Below, in pieces: positions 1 to 11,420 of a stretch of DNA of 64,000 bases (position 1 is its first letter; every line of letters begins with the position of its first letter). Under the pieces are notes generated by a model. The model was not told the DNA's origin. It worked only from the letters and a program-made list of their open reading frames with translations, and searched no databases. The position numbers and the translations under genes were made by a program. The DNA lies in NCBI GenBank assembly GCA_030704615.1, contig CM060731.1, positions 69,812,001 through 69,876,000 of the forward strand. The letters are read 5' to 3'. The stretch comes from Takakia lepidozioides (Eukaryota > Plantae > Bryophyta).

Positions 1-431
1 CTACTTGGGAAGTATTCCTCGGACTTCTGAATGTCCTCACCATAGCGAATTCTCCAACTTTGTAGAAGTGCGCCAAACATCCGTCCTTAGTACTGTTGTT
101 TCAGAGATTTAGATCATCCTCGCAGATATACATGATCTATTTGGGCCGAACGCAAGGAACAGTTGTTTGCTATAGAGAGTCAAACGATAGGAAGAACCCG
201 ACAAGTGAAACGCCAAATTTCAAATGGGGCAGAAGTGGAGTTAGATGATATAGATGTTCAATGTGACACGAACACCCCACCAGAAGCCCATGACCCGGTT
301 GCGGGTGGGGACCTCACACTGATGATCCCATGGCATGTCTACCTTTATATGAAGGCTGTAAATCCTCTAAGCTTGCAGCCACCATGCTATAATGAATCTA
401 TGCACAACACATGGGTTTACAAATGGCTTTG

Positions 432-960
432 CTGATGAGACTAGCCAATTCCCATGTAAGCTCACAGCTGAGTGCAGGATAAGAGCTTTCCAAAGTCTTT
501 GAATGTGAGAGAATTCAAGACAAGAGGAGGACAAGACCCTTTTTCCGCATCTAGGAGCTGAATTAGCAGATCATCTCGTACCATTTCCGCCCCCTTCCAC
601 ACGTAGGACTAGGATAAAAGTGTAACAGCAGAAGGAATTCTCCCAACACCATATCTACTCACTGCCAAGTCAAATGTGTGCGTGTAACAGAAGGGGGTAG
701 AGAGAGAGACGATGGAATTCAGAGAGATAAAACAGAGATTTGGTGCATTTTGCAGAACCTCCAGCAAACTCCTTTCGAAGGGAAGACGATGAAGTCGGCC
801 AAAGAACAACATCTCCAGAAACACCCTAATGCCCCTCCGAATCTGTAGACCGGTTCACCCCCATAACCAACTCTAAGACAACCAAATCCCTCCTTCAACC
901 GCCGCTCAAGCATCCTGTCGCTGGCAAGTGTCGTCTGAGCCATCTCACACTCATCCTCCT
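432..960. repeat. Dispersed repeat, copy 1 (homologous to 42330-42840); decayed coding-like sequence on the - strand
   Basis: Colinear shared blocks with the 42.3-42.8 kb copy: cagctgagtgcaggataag, gaggagctgaattagcag-like, catttc-gccccct, agtgtaac-g-agaagga, ccccat-accaact. Confidence 0.85.
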
Positions 961-1035
961 TCCTCTCTCTACCAACTCACGACTTACCCAAAACGTGTAA
1001 GTAAAAGCAGTTAAATCTCAGCTGCTGTCACATTC

Positions 1036-1040
1036 GCGGG

Positions 1041-1083
<43 letters not shown>

Positions 1084-1108
1084 GCGTGTTCGATCCACGC
1101 TCACCGCA
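1036..1108 (+). tRNA. trnF-GAA: tRNA-Phe (GAA), cytosolic
   Basis: 73 nt GCGGGGATAGCTCAGTTGGGAGAGCGTCAGACTGAAGATCTGAAGGTCGCGTGTTCGATCCACGCTCACCGCA, the typical plant cytosolic tRNA-Phe; cloverleaf and A/B boxes intact. Confidence 0.98.
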
Positions 1109-1120
1109 TCCGATTTCTTC

Positions 1121-1125
1121 TTTTT
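1121..1125 (+). terminator. Pol III oligo-T terminator of tRNA-Phe
   Basis: TTTTT 12 nt after the tRNA 3' end. Confidence 0.6.
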
Positions 1126-2315
1126 GTTGTGCTCCCTGTCGCCCATCCTTGAGCATGTTCATCATCACCAGTGCCTTTCCAAAAAAGCGGAAGAACTGGG
1201 CTTCTCTTGAAAGCTGGAAAGATTCAAAGGCGTTCTGTTATGGTCCAGAAGTTCAGACTCTCTTTTGAACTTGAATCTCTGCATTTGATTAAAGAATCTG
1301 TGGTAGAGATGTTAGAGAAAGCAGTCTTGTCAAGACACTTTTGATGTACAGAGCCTGGAGAGTTTTGGAAAGGAGCCTGGTCCAGTTCGCACTGTTTTCC
1401 AAATGGCTCTCAATTTGCTTATGCCATCACCAGGTGAATCATAGACAACCTAGCCTTAGTTCTTCATATTGCTCAGTGTGATACAAAGAGGACCATCTCA
1501 ATTTGTACTCAAGAATGCTGTAATGAGTGAGAACCCCCAGGAATGTGATTTCTCACATATAAGGTTTGATGAGGAAGAGACACAAACATGAGAAAGGATC
1601 AGTATCAATACTTTTTGTTGGGAATGGTTAGACAAACAGGAATACGAAAACAGCGTCTCTGTAACCACCTTGTCATCCACAAACTCAACATTCACAGATA
1701 CTAATCATTCCTACACCGCTTTCATGGCTCATCTAACAATATCTGAGCTCAAATCAAGCTTATTTGAGCGTTTATAAATCAAGCTCCTCATGAAGATCAA
1801 CTTGCTCTCAAATTGTATTACATGGCTTGGTAGTGGGACAGCCCCTGATCAGGTCAAATAGACCACTTCCAGTCAAAGGGGAAGACATAATATAAGGTCC
1901 AACATATGTGAACCAGCCAACTCATCAGATGTAAGAGATCTTTAGTTTTCGTGCGTCACCATTCAAGCAGCATAGCTAACCCTCCTTCCAAGTCACCCAT
2001 AGGTGGGCAAACAGCAAACAATCACATTCTCAACCCAGATACTTACTTTTCTGAGACTTGCATCTTCCTCCCTCCAAAAGACTCATTCCTGGCCGACTCT
2101 CTCTCCCCCTCTCTCATCATCCTAACATATTAGCCACTTTGCTGTCTAGTAGGATGTGCATGCAGCCAGTGTCTTACTCAGCATCTGGTTAACATTTCCG
2201 GTGTCTGCGAGCATGGAATATCCACTGGAATTTCGTACCTTACAAATGGAAAACCCAGAACCAGCTCTGTAAGGGTCAGTATTTTAACATCTGTCCTCGG
2301 ATCCAACAGAAGACA

Positions 2316-5300
2316 TCAGCCCCCTTTAACTGACAAGGGTGACAGTGCTGCCTCGTTGCCAGCATACCACAGCCCAAAATCAACAAACCGCTTCATCTTC
2401 TTCTCAAAGCCAGTGACATAGTTGTTGTGCACCATCACATGCTTGCCAGATGTCTGTGTGCGCCACGTCTCATTCCTGAAGTAAAGCCCACCTGACGGAA
2501 ATGACACTTGTGGCAGCAGATAAACGTCCACCTGCAAGTCCAAAGCACTTTCAGTAAAATGGTCAAAGAAGGCAGTCATTGGGTACTGCCACTGGTTCAG
2601 TATATGAGGAAATCAAGAAGACGTGGGTTTGTATTTTGGGGGTGCCATTGTGTGTACGTGGGAGAGAGAGAATGTAAGACGTTGTATGCTGTAGCCTTGT
2701 GGCCATAGACCCCGTGCCCAGTTTGGGCCAAACAAAAGGGAACAGACACCACCATCGTGAGGGTCTCACTACGAGAGGGAGAGACAGACTGAGAGACCCA
2801 ACAACTCAACTTTTACTCTAGCTGGTCGCAACCATTGTACATTGAGTAACAACTGCAATTTAGTTGTACAACAATATACAACCTCACTTGTGTTTTATTA
2901 GGAGGACAGATAAATGGAAGAGGTTGAAATGCATCAGATGATGAACAAACCTGGCCAGCTGTTCTGTTGAGAGCCCAATTGAACCCTGGCTGGTCATTGG
3001 ACTTGGCGTGGGCTGACCATGGCAGATCCTGGAGCTCTTTAATCCATGTGCGCAGCAGTAGTTTCGCACCCTCAGTAGGCCTCATAAACAGCATGCAGCT
3101 GCAGATATAGCTGCGGCCTCTCTTACCTGGTGGCGGGAGTGAATGCGAGTGAGTCTCTGGTTTCACCTGCCAAATTTACAGAGCCGCAGTAAACAATCCT
3201 TACTCCTCCGGCATTTCCTGCTGCTTGTATTATGTGAGAGCCACCGAGTTTCCACTCAAAGTCCACCTAATGCTTCACCTAGCATGAAAGCTGAAAGCAA
3301 AGTAAGATTAATCACCAGGATTTTGCTGCACCACAAGCTAGAGGCTATGTCAGCTGTAAATGGTTTAGGTCATGGACTTGTTAGTCACTACTCACGAATC
3401 TGGTGGGTGACCTTAGATCAGGTAGGGCCATGATTGAAGAGACTCCATACCCTCAAACTTTGCAATAGAAGCAAAGCCCTTGAAGGTTGGAAGTGGAGAC
3501 AATTTGTTGGTGTCGCTGGAAGATCACATTTTGAAACAGTGTAGAACATATATCCTAAACTATGGTGACTAACAATGTGAGAATATACATAGAACATGGC
3601 CCATCCACATACAAAAGAAAGACATCTCTGAACAAATGTCGACTTGAAGCAAGGTTATTCTACCACACACATAGAAAAGATGCCGGGTTTACTGCAGCAA
3701 GGTCGTCAGTGAAGTAGACATCGTGGCTGCCCACGAAGAGAGGGAAGGGATCAGCTTGCCACACCATGTCGACATCATTGTACAGAACAGTGTAGCCTAG
3801 CTCCAAGATTTCCAGCAGGTAGCGAGGCCTACGCGATGTGAAGTTGAAGAAGCCCTGAAGCGAGAGGGGGGCCACCATCCTTATTAGCTCATATTTAGAT
3901 AGAGGGCCAAAATGGTGAAACTTGGAGAGAGATGAAACACACTTATTGCCTGAGTGCTCCCAGTGTGACAACCTTGTGAGAATAAAGAGAGGAAGAGAGA
4001 TAATTGCTCGTTTAGAGAGAGAGAGAGAGTCTTTAGCTAGCAGAAATGCCTATAAGACTGCAACTAACCTCCACATGAACCTGTGGCTGAAGCTCTACCA
4101 AGTTGAAATGCTGTCAACAATTACACATTGTGAAGCAATCGAATGGATGGTTGAATACATAGCTTCTATGCATTCTCCACCCTCTAGATGACGTACCTGC
4201 TCACCTGAGAGCCAAATCGCAGGGTCGGCATGTTGGGCAGAGCAGGTGGCACCAAAACTGCATGGCCTGGCCAAAGCTCATTCACAAAATCAAGGGTTGC
4301 ATAGTCTTCAGCAATAACCAGAGCTGTTTGGTGTCGGGCTTGCTTGGCAAGGCTGATGAGCCAGTTGTTGAGGAATGCCAAGTATGGTTGGCTCACTGTG
4401 CACACTATCACCATCCTATTTTGTGCAACCGCCTGCTTCCAGAAAACTTAAAGGTTTAAGGCTTGTTTCAAGTTTCAACATGATTCATTCCCAAAGGTTT
4501 TGCCATTGGCGAAGACAACATTTGATGATCAGAATCCAATACCAATTATGCTCCTCACAGCTCATGCGACACTTCAGATGTGAATCAGTATACCCCAGTC
4601 CTATTCCCTTGAAATTATGCTACCAAAACATACACAGACATTTTGCATGTGGAATACATTGACCTGGTATTCCAGGTCAAAAAAGGGAAAGAAACTACGC
4701 CAGTCACCCAGAGTGCACCTACTGGGCCAGCCAGATACCAGGCCATTTATCATCAAGTTGACCCAGAGCCTCTGAGAACCCAATTGACCGAGGCTACGAC
4801 TGTCCCCACAGCTGGGTGGATCATGTAGCATGGGAAAAAGTGGAAGCCATGTCTTGACTTACCAACAGAAGTAAATCCCTCTAGGATCAAGCCCGAAATA
4901 TTGGATGTGTTCCAGCGCCAGAGTCTCAAGGACAGCGTATTACCCATACAGTCTATTGCTCCGGGTTTGGCAGTTATTGTTCATCTTTGGGAAAGCTCAT
5001 CGCTTGGTCATGGTGTTCTGTGCCAAAAACTTATAGCATGACTAGCAGGCACGATTTGCGGCTGGAACCTCGTTCCAGCTCTGTGGACAATGAACGACTA
5101 ACAAAAACTAGACAAGGCAGTTCAGCTTGAGACAAACGTTTAACATGGTACCACGAGGTTGAGAGAACACATACGGGTTTAACATATGAATGAGCGTAAG
5201 AATTAAGATCTCAAGAGATCAATACAGAGCATTCATGTTATTCACAAAAATTGTGAGAGAATCCAATACACGTGACAAACCACACGAGTGTTTAGTACAA

Positions 5301-5807
5301 AAGATTTACACCAAAGTTACTCAGAAATTTGATGAGAATTCTTCTGAGAGAACTCGCACAAAGATTGAAAGGTCTGATCTAGATAAACTCTTAAAGAAAA
5401 GAAATCAAGACAAGAGTCAGAGATCGAGAGAAAATCCACACAGTATTACGATTTCAAAACACGCAACACTACGGGATTGAGAAATGCATGGAAGGGAGAA
5501 CAACCTCCACAGCCTGCTGCAGGGTGTAGCTCCGCCACTGCTGTTTGTTGAACCCCTTCTCAAACAATGGCGGATGTGAGTGGGAAAACACATGACGTGA
5601 GAGGTCCAAGAGCGGCAGCATCAACCCCGCTGTTAAAACGAGCGCCAGCAGAATCCCGAGTGCCCGCACACTGGGGAAAGAGGGCAGCCGCAGCGATGTC
5701 CTGGGCTGAAGAGATGCAGATAGCTTTGCCAGGGCAGCTGCAGCTGTGTGCGAGGGGTTGTCATGGAGTTGCACGGCTGCGTGCGCTCCAGCAGACGATC
5801 TCGGCAT
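2316..5807 (-). CDS. RGXT: GT77 nucleotide-diphospho-sugar transferase (RGXT/MGP4-like rhamnogalacturonan-II xylosyltransferase), 5 exons
   Basis: Exons 5807-5505, 4432-4205, 3854-3693, 3166-2951, 2531-2316 with GT-AG borders. N-terminal TM helix; motifs YLAFLNNWLIS, FGSQGFFNFTSRRP, YNDVDMVW (DxD), YICSCM, NDQPGFNWAL, FPSGGLYF, HNNY. Confidence 0.93.
2661..2750 (-). mobile_element. Extreme 3' fragment of the window's LINE family, in the last GT77 intron
   Basis: gtagccttgtggccatagaccccgtgcccagtttg nearly matches 57118-57152; ends in a tctctctc tail on the - strand. Confidence 0.85.
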
Positions 5808-6092
5808 TGTGATCTCTTGGAAGGGCAGACCCAGGATCACATTCCACAGTTATTTGCAAATCCTAGCGCCTCTGGCACTTTCGACTCCCGAAACAGTATG
5901 TCTCGAACAACGAGGCCAATTCAAGTGTTGGGAATCCAGCGAATGCATTCAACGAATCGAGAGAAAGCAAGCGCCCAAAGCTGTCGAATATACACAGATA
6001 TACTCATACTCTGTAAGTAACATATTCTTGATCCTTACGAGAATGATACGTATATAACTGGAGGGTTCAAAAGAGAGGAGCCGCGGTTGGTC
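5808..6092. promoter_or_regulatory. Probable bidirectional promoter between GT77 and the CCA-adding enzyme
   Basis: Divergent ATGs only 285 bp apart; TATATAA at about 6051-6057. Confidence 0.55.
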
Positions 6093-9000
6093 ATGGCCCA
6101 ATTTCTGTCTGTCTCGCGAGACCTCTGCGCGCTGCGAGCGCTGCCAGCGTCCTGGCGCATCCAACGTCGCGTGCTGCCCAGAGAAATTCTTGGCAAGAGT
6201 GTGAAGAGAGTGGTGGGTTCTCAACCCATCTCGGCTGTAGCTTATCCCATCTCTCGGATTTTCCTTCTGCGCAGCACCCGGGGAGTACCAAGCTCTTGTT
6301 GCCGTAGGGAGGTGCGGTGTAGCGCCACGATGGTGGTGAAGGAAACCGTGGTGCTGACGGAGGAGGAGGAGCGCATCTTTGAGACTCTGAGGGGCACGCT
6401 CCAGCATTTTGGTCTGGATACTCAGCTGCGCGTGGCAGGGGGCTGGGTCCGCGACAAGGTCGGTCTTCCTGTGTTGATCATGTGTTGATTGACAGATTGA
6501 ACCTAATCCTGGTTTGTAGTGTGGTCCCTAGGAAGACTTCGCATCCAGGCTCTCCTTCCCTGCAGAGGGGGTGTGTCTTGGTATAGAGGGCCTTTCCTCT
6601 TTGCCAATTGCTGTGCTTAAACTGACATCAACTTTTGGTTTTTGAGTGGGATGTTGTGCAGCTTCTAGGGAAGGATTCTCATGACATTGACATAGCCCTT
6701 GACAATTTGCTCGGTCGGCAGTTTGGAGAGAAAGTGAATGAGTATTTGGGTAGCATCGGGGAAGACACACACAAAGTTGGTGTCATCGCAAGGTACAATT
6801 ATCAGCTTATTTTTCCTATTTGGTTCTGGTTGCTACTGAAGGTTACTTGCGATAATTGAATGCTTTCTGACTGATCTCAAGAGCAGCATAGAGTATGGTG
6901 AATTGGCTCATACTCTGGCGCGGTTGGTTAATCACTTTTGCAGCAATCCAGAGCAATCGAAACATCTTGAGACGGCCACAATGCGTGTGAGAGGCGTTTG
7001 GGTTGACTTTGTTAATTTACGAGCCGAGACATATTCCCAGAGCAGTCGCATCCCAACTATGGTAAGAGTCTCGGTCTTAACCAAGAGTCTGGATTGTTGT
7101 CGTTTAATTCCGTTGGGCAAAGCCACTGTGGGTATGCTTATTGTTCATTCAAGTGATGGGAGACTCAGATGAATTGAGCGGGCATTGGAATTTGGCAGGA
7201 GTTTGGAACAGCAAAGCAAGATGCATTGCGCCGGGATTTGACTATAAACAGGTATGCTACTTTTCTGGAAATTGGGAGTTAATATCTTGAAGCGTTCTAT
7301 GTTCATGAAGCAGCAGAGTTTCCCTTCAGTTACAATGTTGGGTACTAAAAAGTTGGGGCCATTGTTTGGCAGCCTGTTCTACAACATCAACACTTGCCTT
7401 GTGGAGGACTTAACAGGGCAAGGTAAGAGCACATGCCTCTCATGCTCTGGACATTCATGTGCAAAAGGTTTTTGCACTAGTTGGGCCACTCTCTTGTTCG
7501 TCAATGAGAGTTGGGCAATGGTGGGTGAGGACATTTGAAGTTCTTTGCGGTGATAGTGTATATGGGTCACTGCTTTCAAAGGGCGATACTACTGCCAGCT
7601 TTTGATAGCTAAGCATCCATTCCTCTTGCAGTTGCAAGTCTGACAGCTTTTCAATGTCACCGTGCAACCAGTTGTAATTCAGTGATTTTGATGAATAGCA
7701 GTAGCCAGCATAATCTTTTCAATGTTGCACTGACCTGTGTCTGGGAGCATTCACTAAGCCTGTCATAGTCGCTGGAGTAATCATGTGTTATATCAGTATT
7801 TGGGGTCTGACAATGACAGGTACTGTTTGGTACACCCTTTATCTATGGTTGGGTTGGGAAATCAGGGATACCAGATCTGAAGGCGGGAACCATTCGGACC
7901 CCCTTGCCCCCCAAAGAGACTTTTCTGGATGATCCATTGCGTGTTCTACGCTCTGTACGCTTTGGTGAACTTCTGACCAAGCCAGATGACCTTTTTGTTC
8001 TCCAAGCATGCCTGGTCTAGGGGTGTGAACTGTGGATGGAGAGTGAGATGTGGGTTGTCATTCTGGACTTTTCCACTGGTGTTCTGTACTAGTTGGGAAA
8101 CTTGTCGTCATTCTTTGTTTAGAAGATTGTATTTCTAGCTGGTAGGGGGTGCATGGGGTGTGCATTTGGCAGATTAGTGAGGGTCGGTTGATCATGTAGC
8201 TCGTGTTTAGCCTTTGTTGTTACATGTGTGTTTGTCCTCAGGGGCTCGGTTTGGATTTGAGCTGGACGAAGAGCTGAAGCAGGCAGCAGCATGTGAAGAA
8301 GTTCAGGCGGCACTGGCTACCAAAGTCAGTCGTGAACGTATCGGCCACGAGGTGAATGCCTATGCTAGTTTCTTATGCATACTATTGGTGTTTGCTGTTT
8401 GTTGAATCTTATGGTTACTCAGGAAGGAGTACATTGTGCTTTGCTTGCAGCCAAAGGTCAACTTAATCTGGTCAGGTGATGTGCATAGATTCATCCGTTC
8501 CATTGATGTCGGCTCTGTGCTTCAGACAGTTCTCTGTGGATATGCTCTTTGGGAGCACTTGCATGACTGAATGGTGATAGGCCTCTACTCTTAGCACTGG
8601 TTGGCCAATTAAGGGCAAGTTGTCTGTGGGATGCAGATCGAGCTCATGCTGATGGATAAGCATCCTGTCAAGGCCATGTGCATTTTGGAGCAGCTGCAGC
8701 TTTTCCCAATCATTTTCACAAATGATCTCAAAACAGATTTGCCACTTACTCACGACCATTGGAGGTTTGTGTGCTATCTTTTGGCCATTTGTATATTCTA
8801 CAAGAACATGTGCTGTGGTTCTTCCTTTGTGTAGACTCGTGTGTTTGAGGCAATCTGCTTGACAAAAGGCCTTTATGGTGAGTGTGCACAGGGTTTGTGT
8901 GGAGCATATGCAAGCAGCCGCTGAAGTTTTGGCACGATTTGAGGGTACCTCGGCTGATGGCTCTCCAAGGCTGACGGTATCATTGATATCAGCGATCTTA

Positions 9001-11420
9001 GCACTTATTAAAAGATAGTAGGCGGCAAATGATTTACATGCACAGTATTTCTAACACATGTTTGCTAAGTCTGTGCCTTAGGAGTGTATGTCTTGTGATG
9101 TTTGATCCTTTGTGATTACGTGGGCTAGTTAAATTTAACAGCTCTAACATCTGCCGTATCTGACACGTTGCTGCATTTGGGAGAATGCAGGCAGATCAAA
9201 AGAAGCTGTGTTTCCTGAGTGCCTTGCTTGTGCCCCTTCGTCATGTCACCTCTCCTGATCGGAAAGGCAAACGGGTCTGCACTCATCTCCAATTTTCGTC
9301 CTTTGTTAATAATGGATGAGGGTGTATGAATCCTACGCTTCTATTGTTACATCTGTCAGGATGCCTATCTCTACCTCATCTTTTGCATTTCCTTCAAGCA
9401 ATCACTTATACATTTACAAAGCATCAGATTCCAGTTCCCTCAGTATGTTCTATATATATATTCCTCTCTTGCGTCCTAGGGTCTTATGGTTCTTTCAATT
9501 CTATTTGAAGAGTGTGTGTGGGTTGCCCAGACTAGACTAGTTATAACTGAAGCCTGTAAGTCAAGTTTTTCCTTTTGCATATTTTGGAAATGTTGGCATG
9601 AACTCAGTTTGTGTAGAACCTCAAGTGTCGCGAGTGTTGTAACTTGCAGATTGCTGTCTCAGAGACCATCATTAAGATATCCCTCAAGCTCAAGTCAGAT
9701 GATGCGAAGAAGGTACGTTTAATGTTGCCTTTAGGTTTTCATCTCTGAGGAGACCTGTGAATCTGATTTTGGTGGTACAATCTCTACAGCATGCTGTATT
9801 TTAGATCTCCAGCAGTATCTGGATGGGTTTGTCCCTGTACAGTGATTAGAGTTTTCCATGGATGTCATCACAGGTGTTGCTGCTTCATACAGCAGCTGAA
9901 CAATTTGTAGAAGTGGCAAATCTTTTTCTTGGTGAGCAAACTGATAGCCAAGATGATGGAAGGGGCACGGAGGGAGGAAGGGAAGACTTGACACTTTCCT
10001 TGAATGCAAAGAAGAGGGTGAAAGCAGGTTGTCCTTCTATAAACTTTGTCAAATGTTTGTGTCACAGAATGGATGGACATGGTCAGCATCAGTGTTTGGT
10101 GACCTACATTTCACAAAGCAGAGGATCTGAAAGGATTGTCTCTTTGAATGTTTCCTTGTGTGTAGGTACAAGCGTCCTTGGGATGTATATCTGGGGTTCT
10201 TGCAAATCTGAAGCAGTTTCTTTTGTCTAGTTGTGTGGTGTCAAAGGGCTATCCTGGTTATGATCCAAAGAACATCAGCTGTAGTACCCGTTTCAGACGA
10301 TGTTCATTATGATCCTAGACTTGAAAAGGTGCTCTGAAATATTATATAACCTTTTTCATCTGAGTCAAACATGTCAACATTATCTGATGATAGAGCTGTG
10401 GACAGGGTTGTGTTTAAGCGCAGTCGAGGGGCTGTGGCGCACAGCGTTGGTTCTTTCATCCCTTCTTCAGTCACCAACTCCTGCAACTGTTCAGAATGGG
10501 CTTTCAAGCTCCAAAATTCCAGCAGCATTGGATAACCAGACAAGTTCTGCTGAGAGGGCTGAGCGGTGTCTTGTTGTGGAGGATGGCATAGTTAGACTAG
10601 GTGAATATCTCATATATACTTGACCTCAACTCTGGGGTTCAGTGACTGCAGTGTTGTGTCAACTGACATGTGAGCAGAATGTTACCTCTTGGACTTGCAA
10701 GTTGCGAAATTGGGGCTCTTCATGGATGTCTTGGGGCTCAGACTTTATTCAGGTTGCACAGTGGGGTGAGAGCATGCGAGATAGCAGTACATTAAAGTCC
10801 CTTCTTCAGTGCTGGACCCTGATTCTAAATAAACAGAAAACCTCTGTTGTTTTGACAACACAAGCTTCATGAATGCAATTTGAAAGGTGGCAGGAAACAT
10901 GGTGAAGAAGATTCATTTGGTTTTTCCTTCAAAATATATTGAACCCTTCTTTTAGGTAATGTGGTCTTTTCAAATTGTGTTGTCGGCTGGAGGAAGGACG
11001 AAGGGTGGATCTGTGAAATAAGGAGTCCAATAGTCTGTGCCTCCTCTCCATGATATCTGATCTAAGTGAAGGTGCAGGGTCGTTTATCACATGCTGTTGA
11101 TTATGTTTTGCAGGGCTGGAGGATGTGTGGACTCGGAAGCCTATGGTGAATGGGAATGAAGTCATGAAGCTTCTTGGGCTCAAAAATGGGAACTCGCAAA
11201 TGAGAGAATGGGTACGTCCCTAATGTGAGAAATTACCATTACAGCAACATTGCACAACACCTCCAGTCTTCTATCGTTACGTCTGTAAACTCTGGTTTGG
11301 TGATCCATGCTGCAGATGGATCGACTGAAGAAGTGGGAGCTGGCACATCCAGAAGGGACAAAGGAGGAGTGCTTGGATTGGTTCCACCAGGAGAATGTCA
11401 AACGCTTGAGGGTTGAGTAA
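6093..11420 (+). CDS. CCA: CCA tRNA nucleotidyltransferase (class II), multi-exon, with N-terminal organellar transit peptide
   Basis: Exon peptides LRVAGGWVRDK, GKDSHDIDIALDN, NPEQSKHLETAT, WVDFVNLRAETY, DALRRDLTINSLFYN, TFLDDPLRVLR, KVSRERIGHE; ends ...KRLRVE* (taa 11418-11420). Confidence 0.93.

Noticed and set aside
1-135. Open - strand frame MYICEDDLISETTVLRTDVW... running off the window
   Set aside because: Too short and unrecognised to call.
770-810. LHRLPFE resembling a CHAT/caspase-like domain motif
   Set aside because: Single short match; catalytic His/Cys motifs not visible.
1036-11420. tRNA-Phe gene near the CCA-adding enzyme as a functional cluster
   Set aside because: They are 5 kb apart with another gene between; tRNA genes are numerous, so chance is sufficient.
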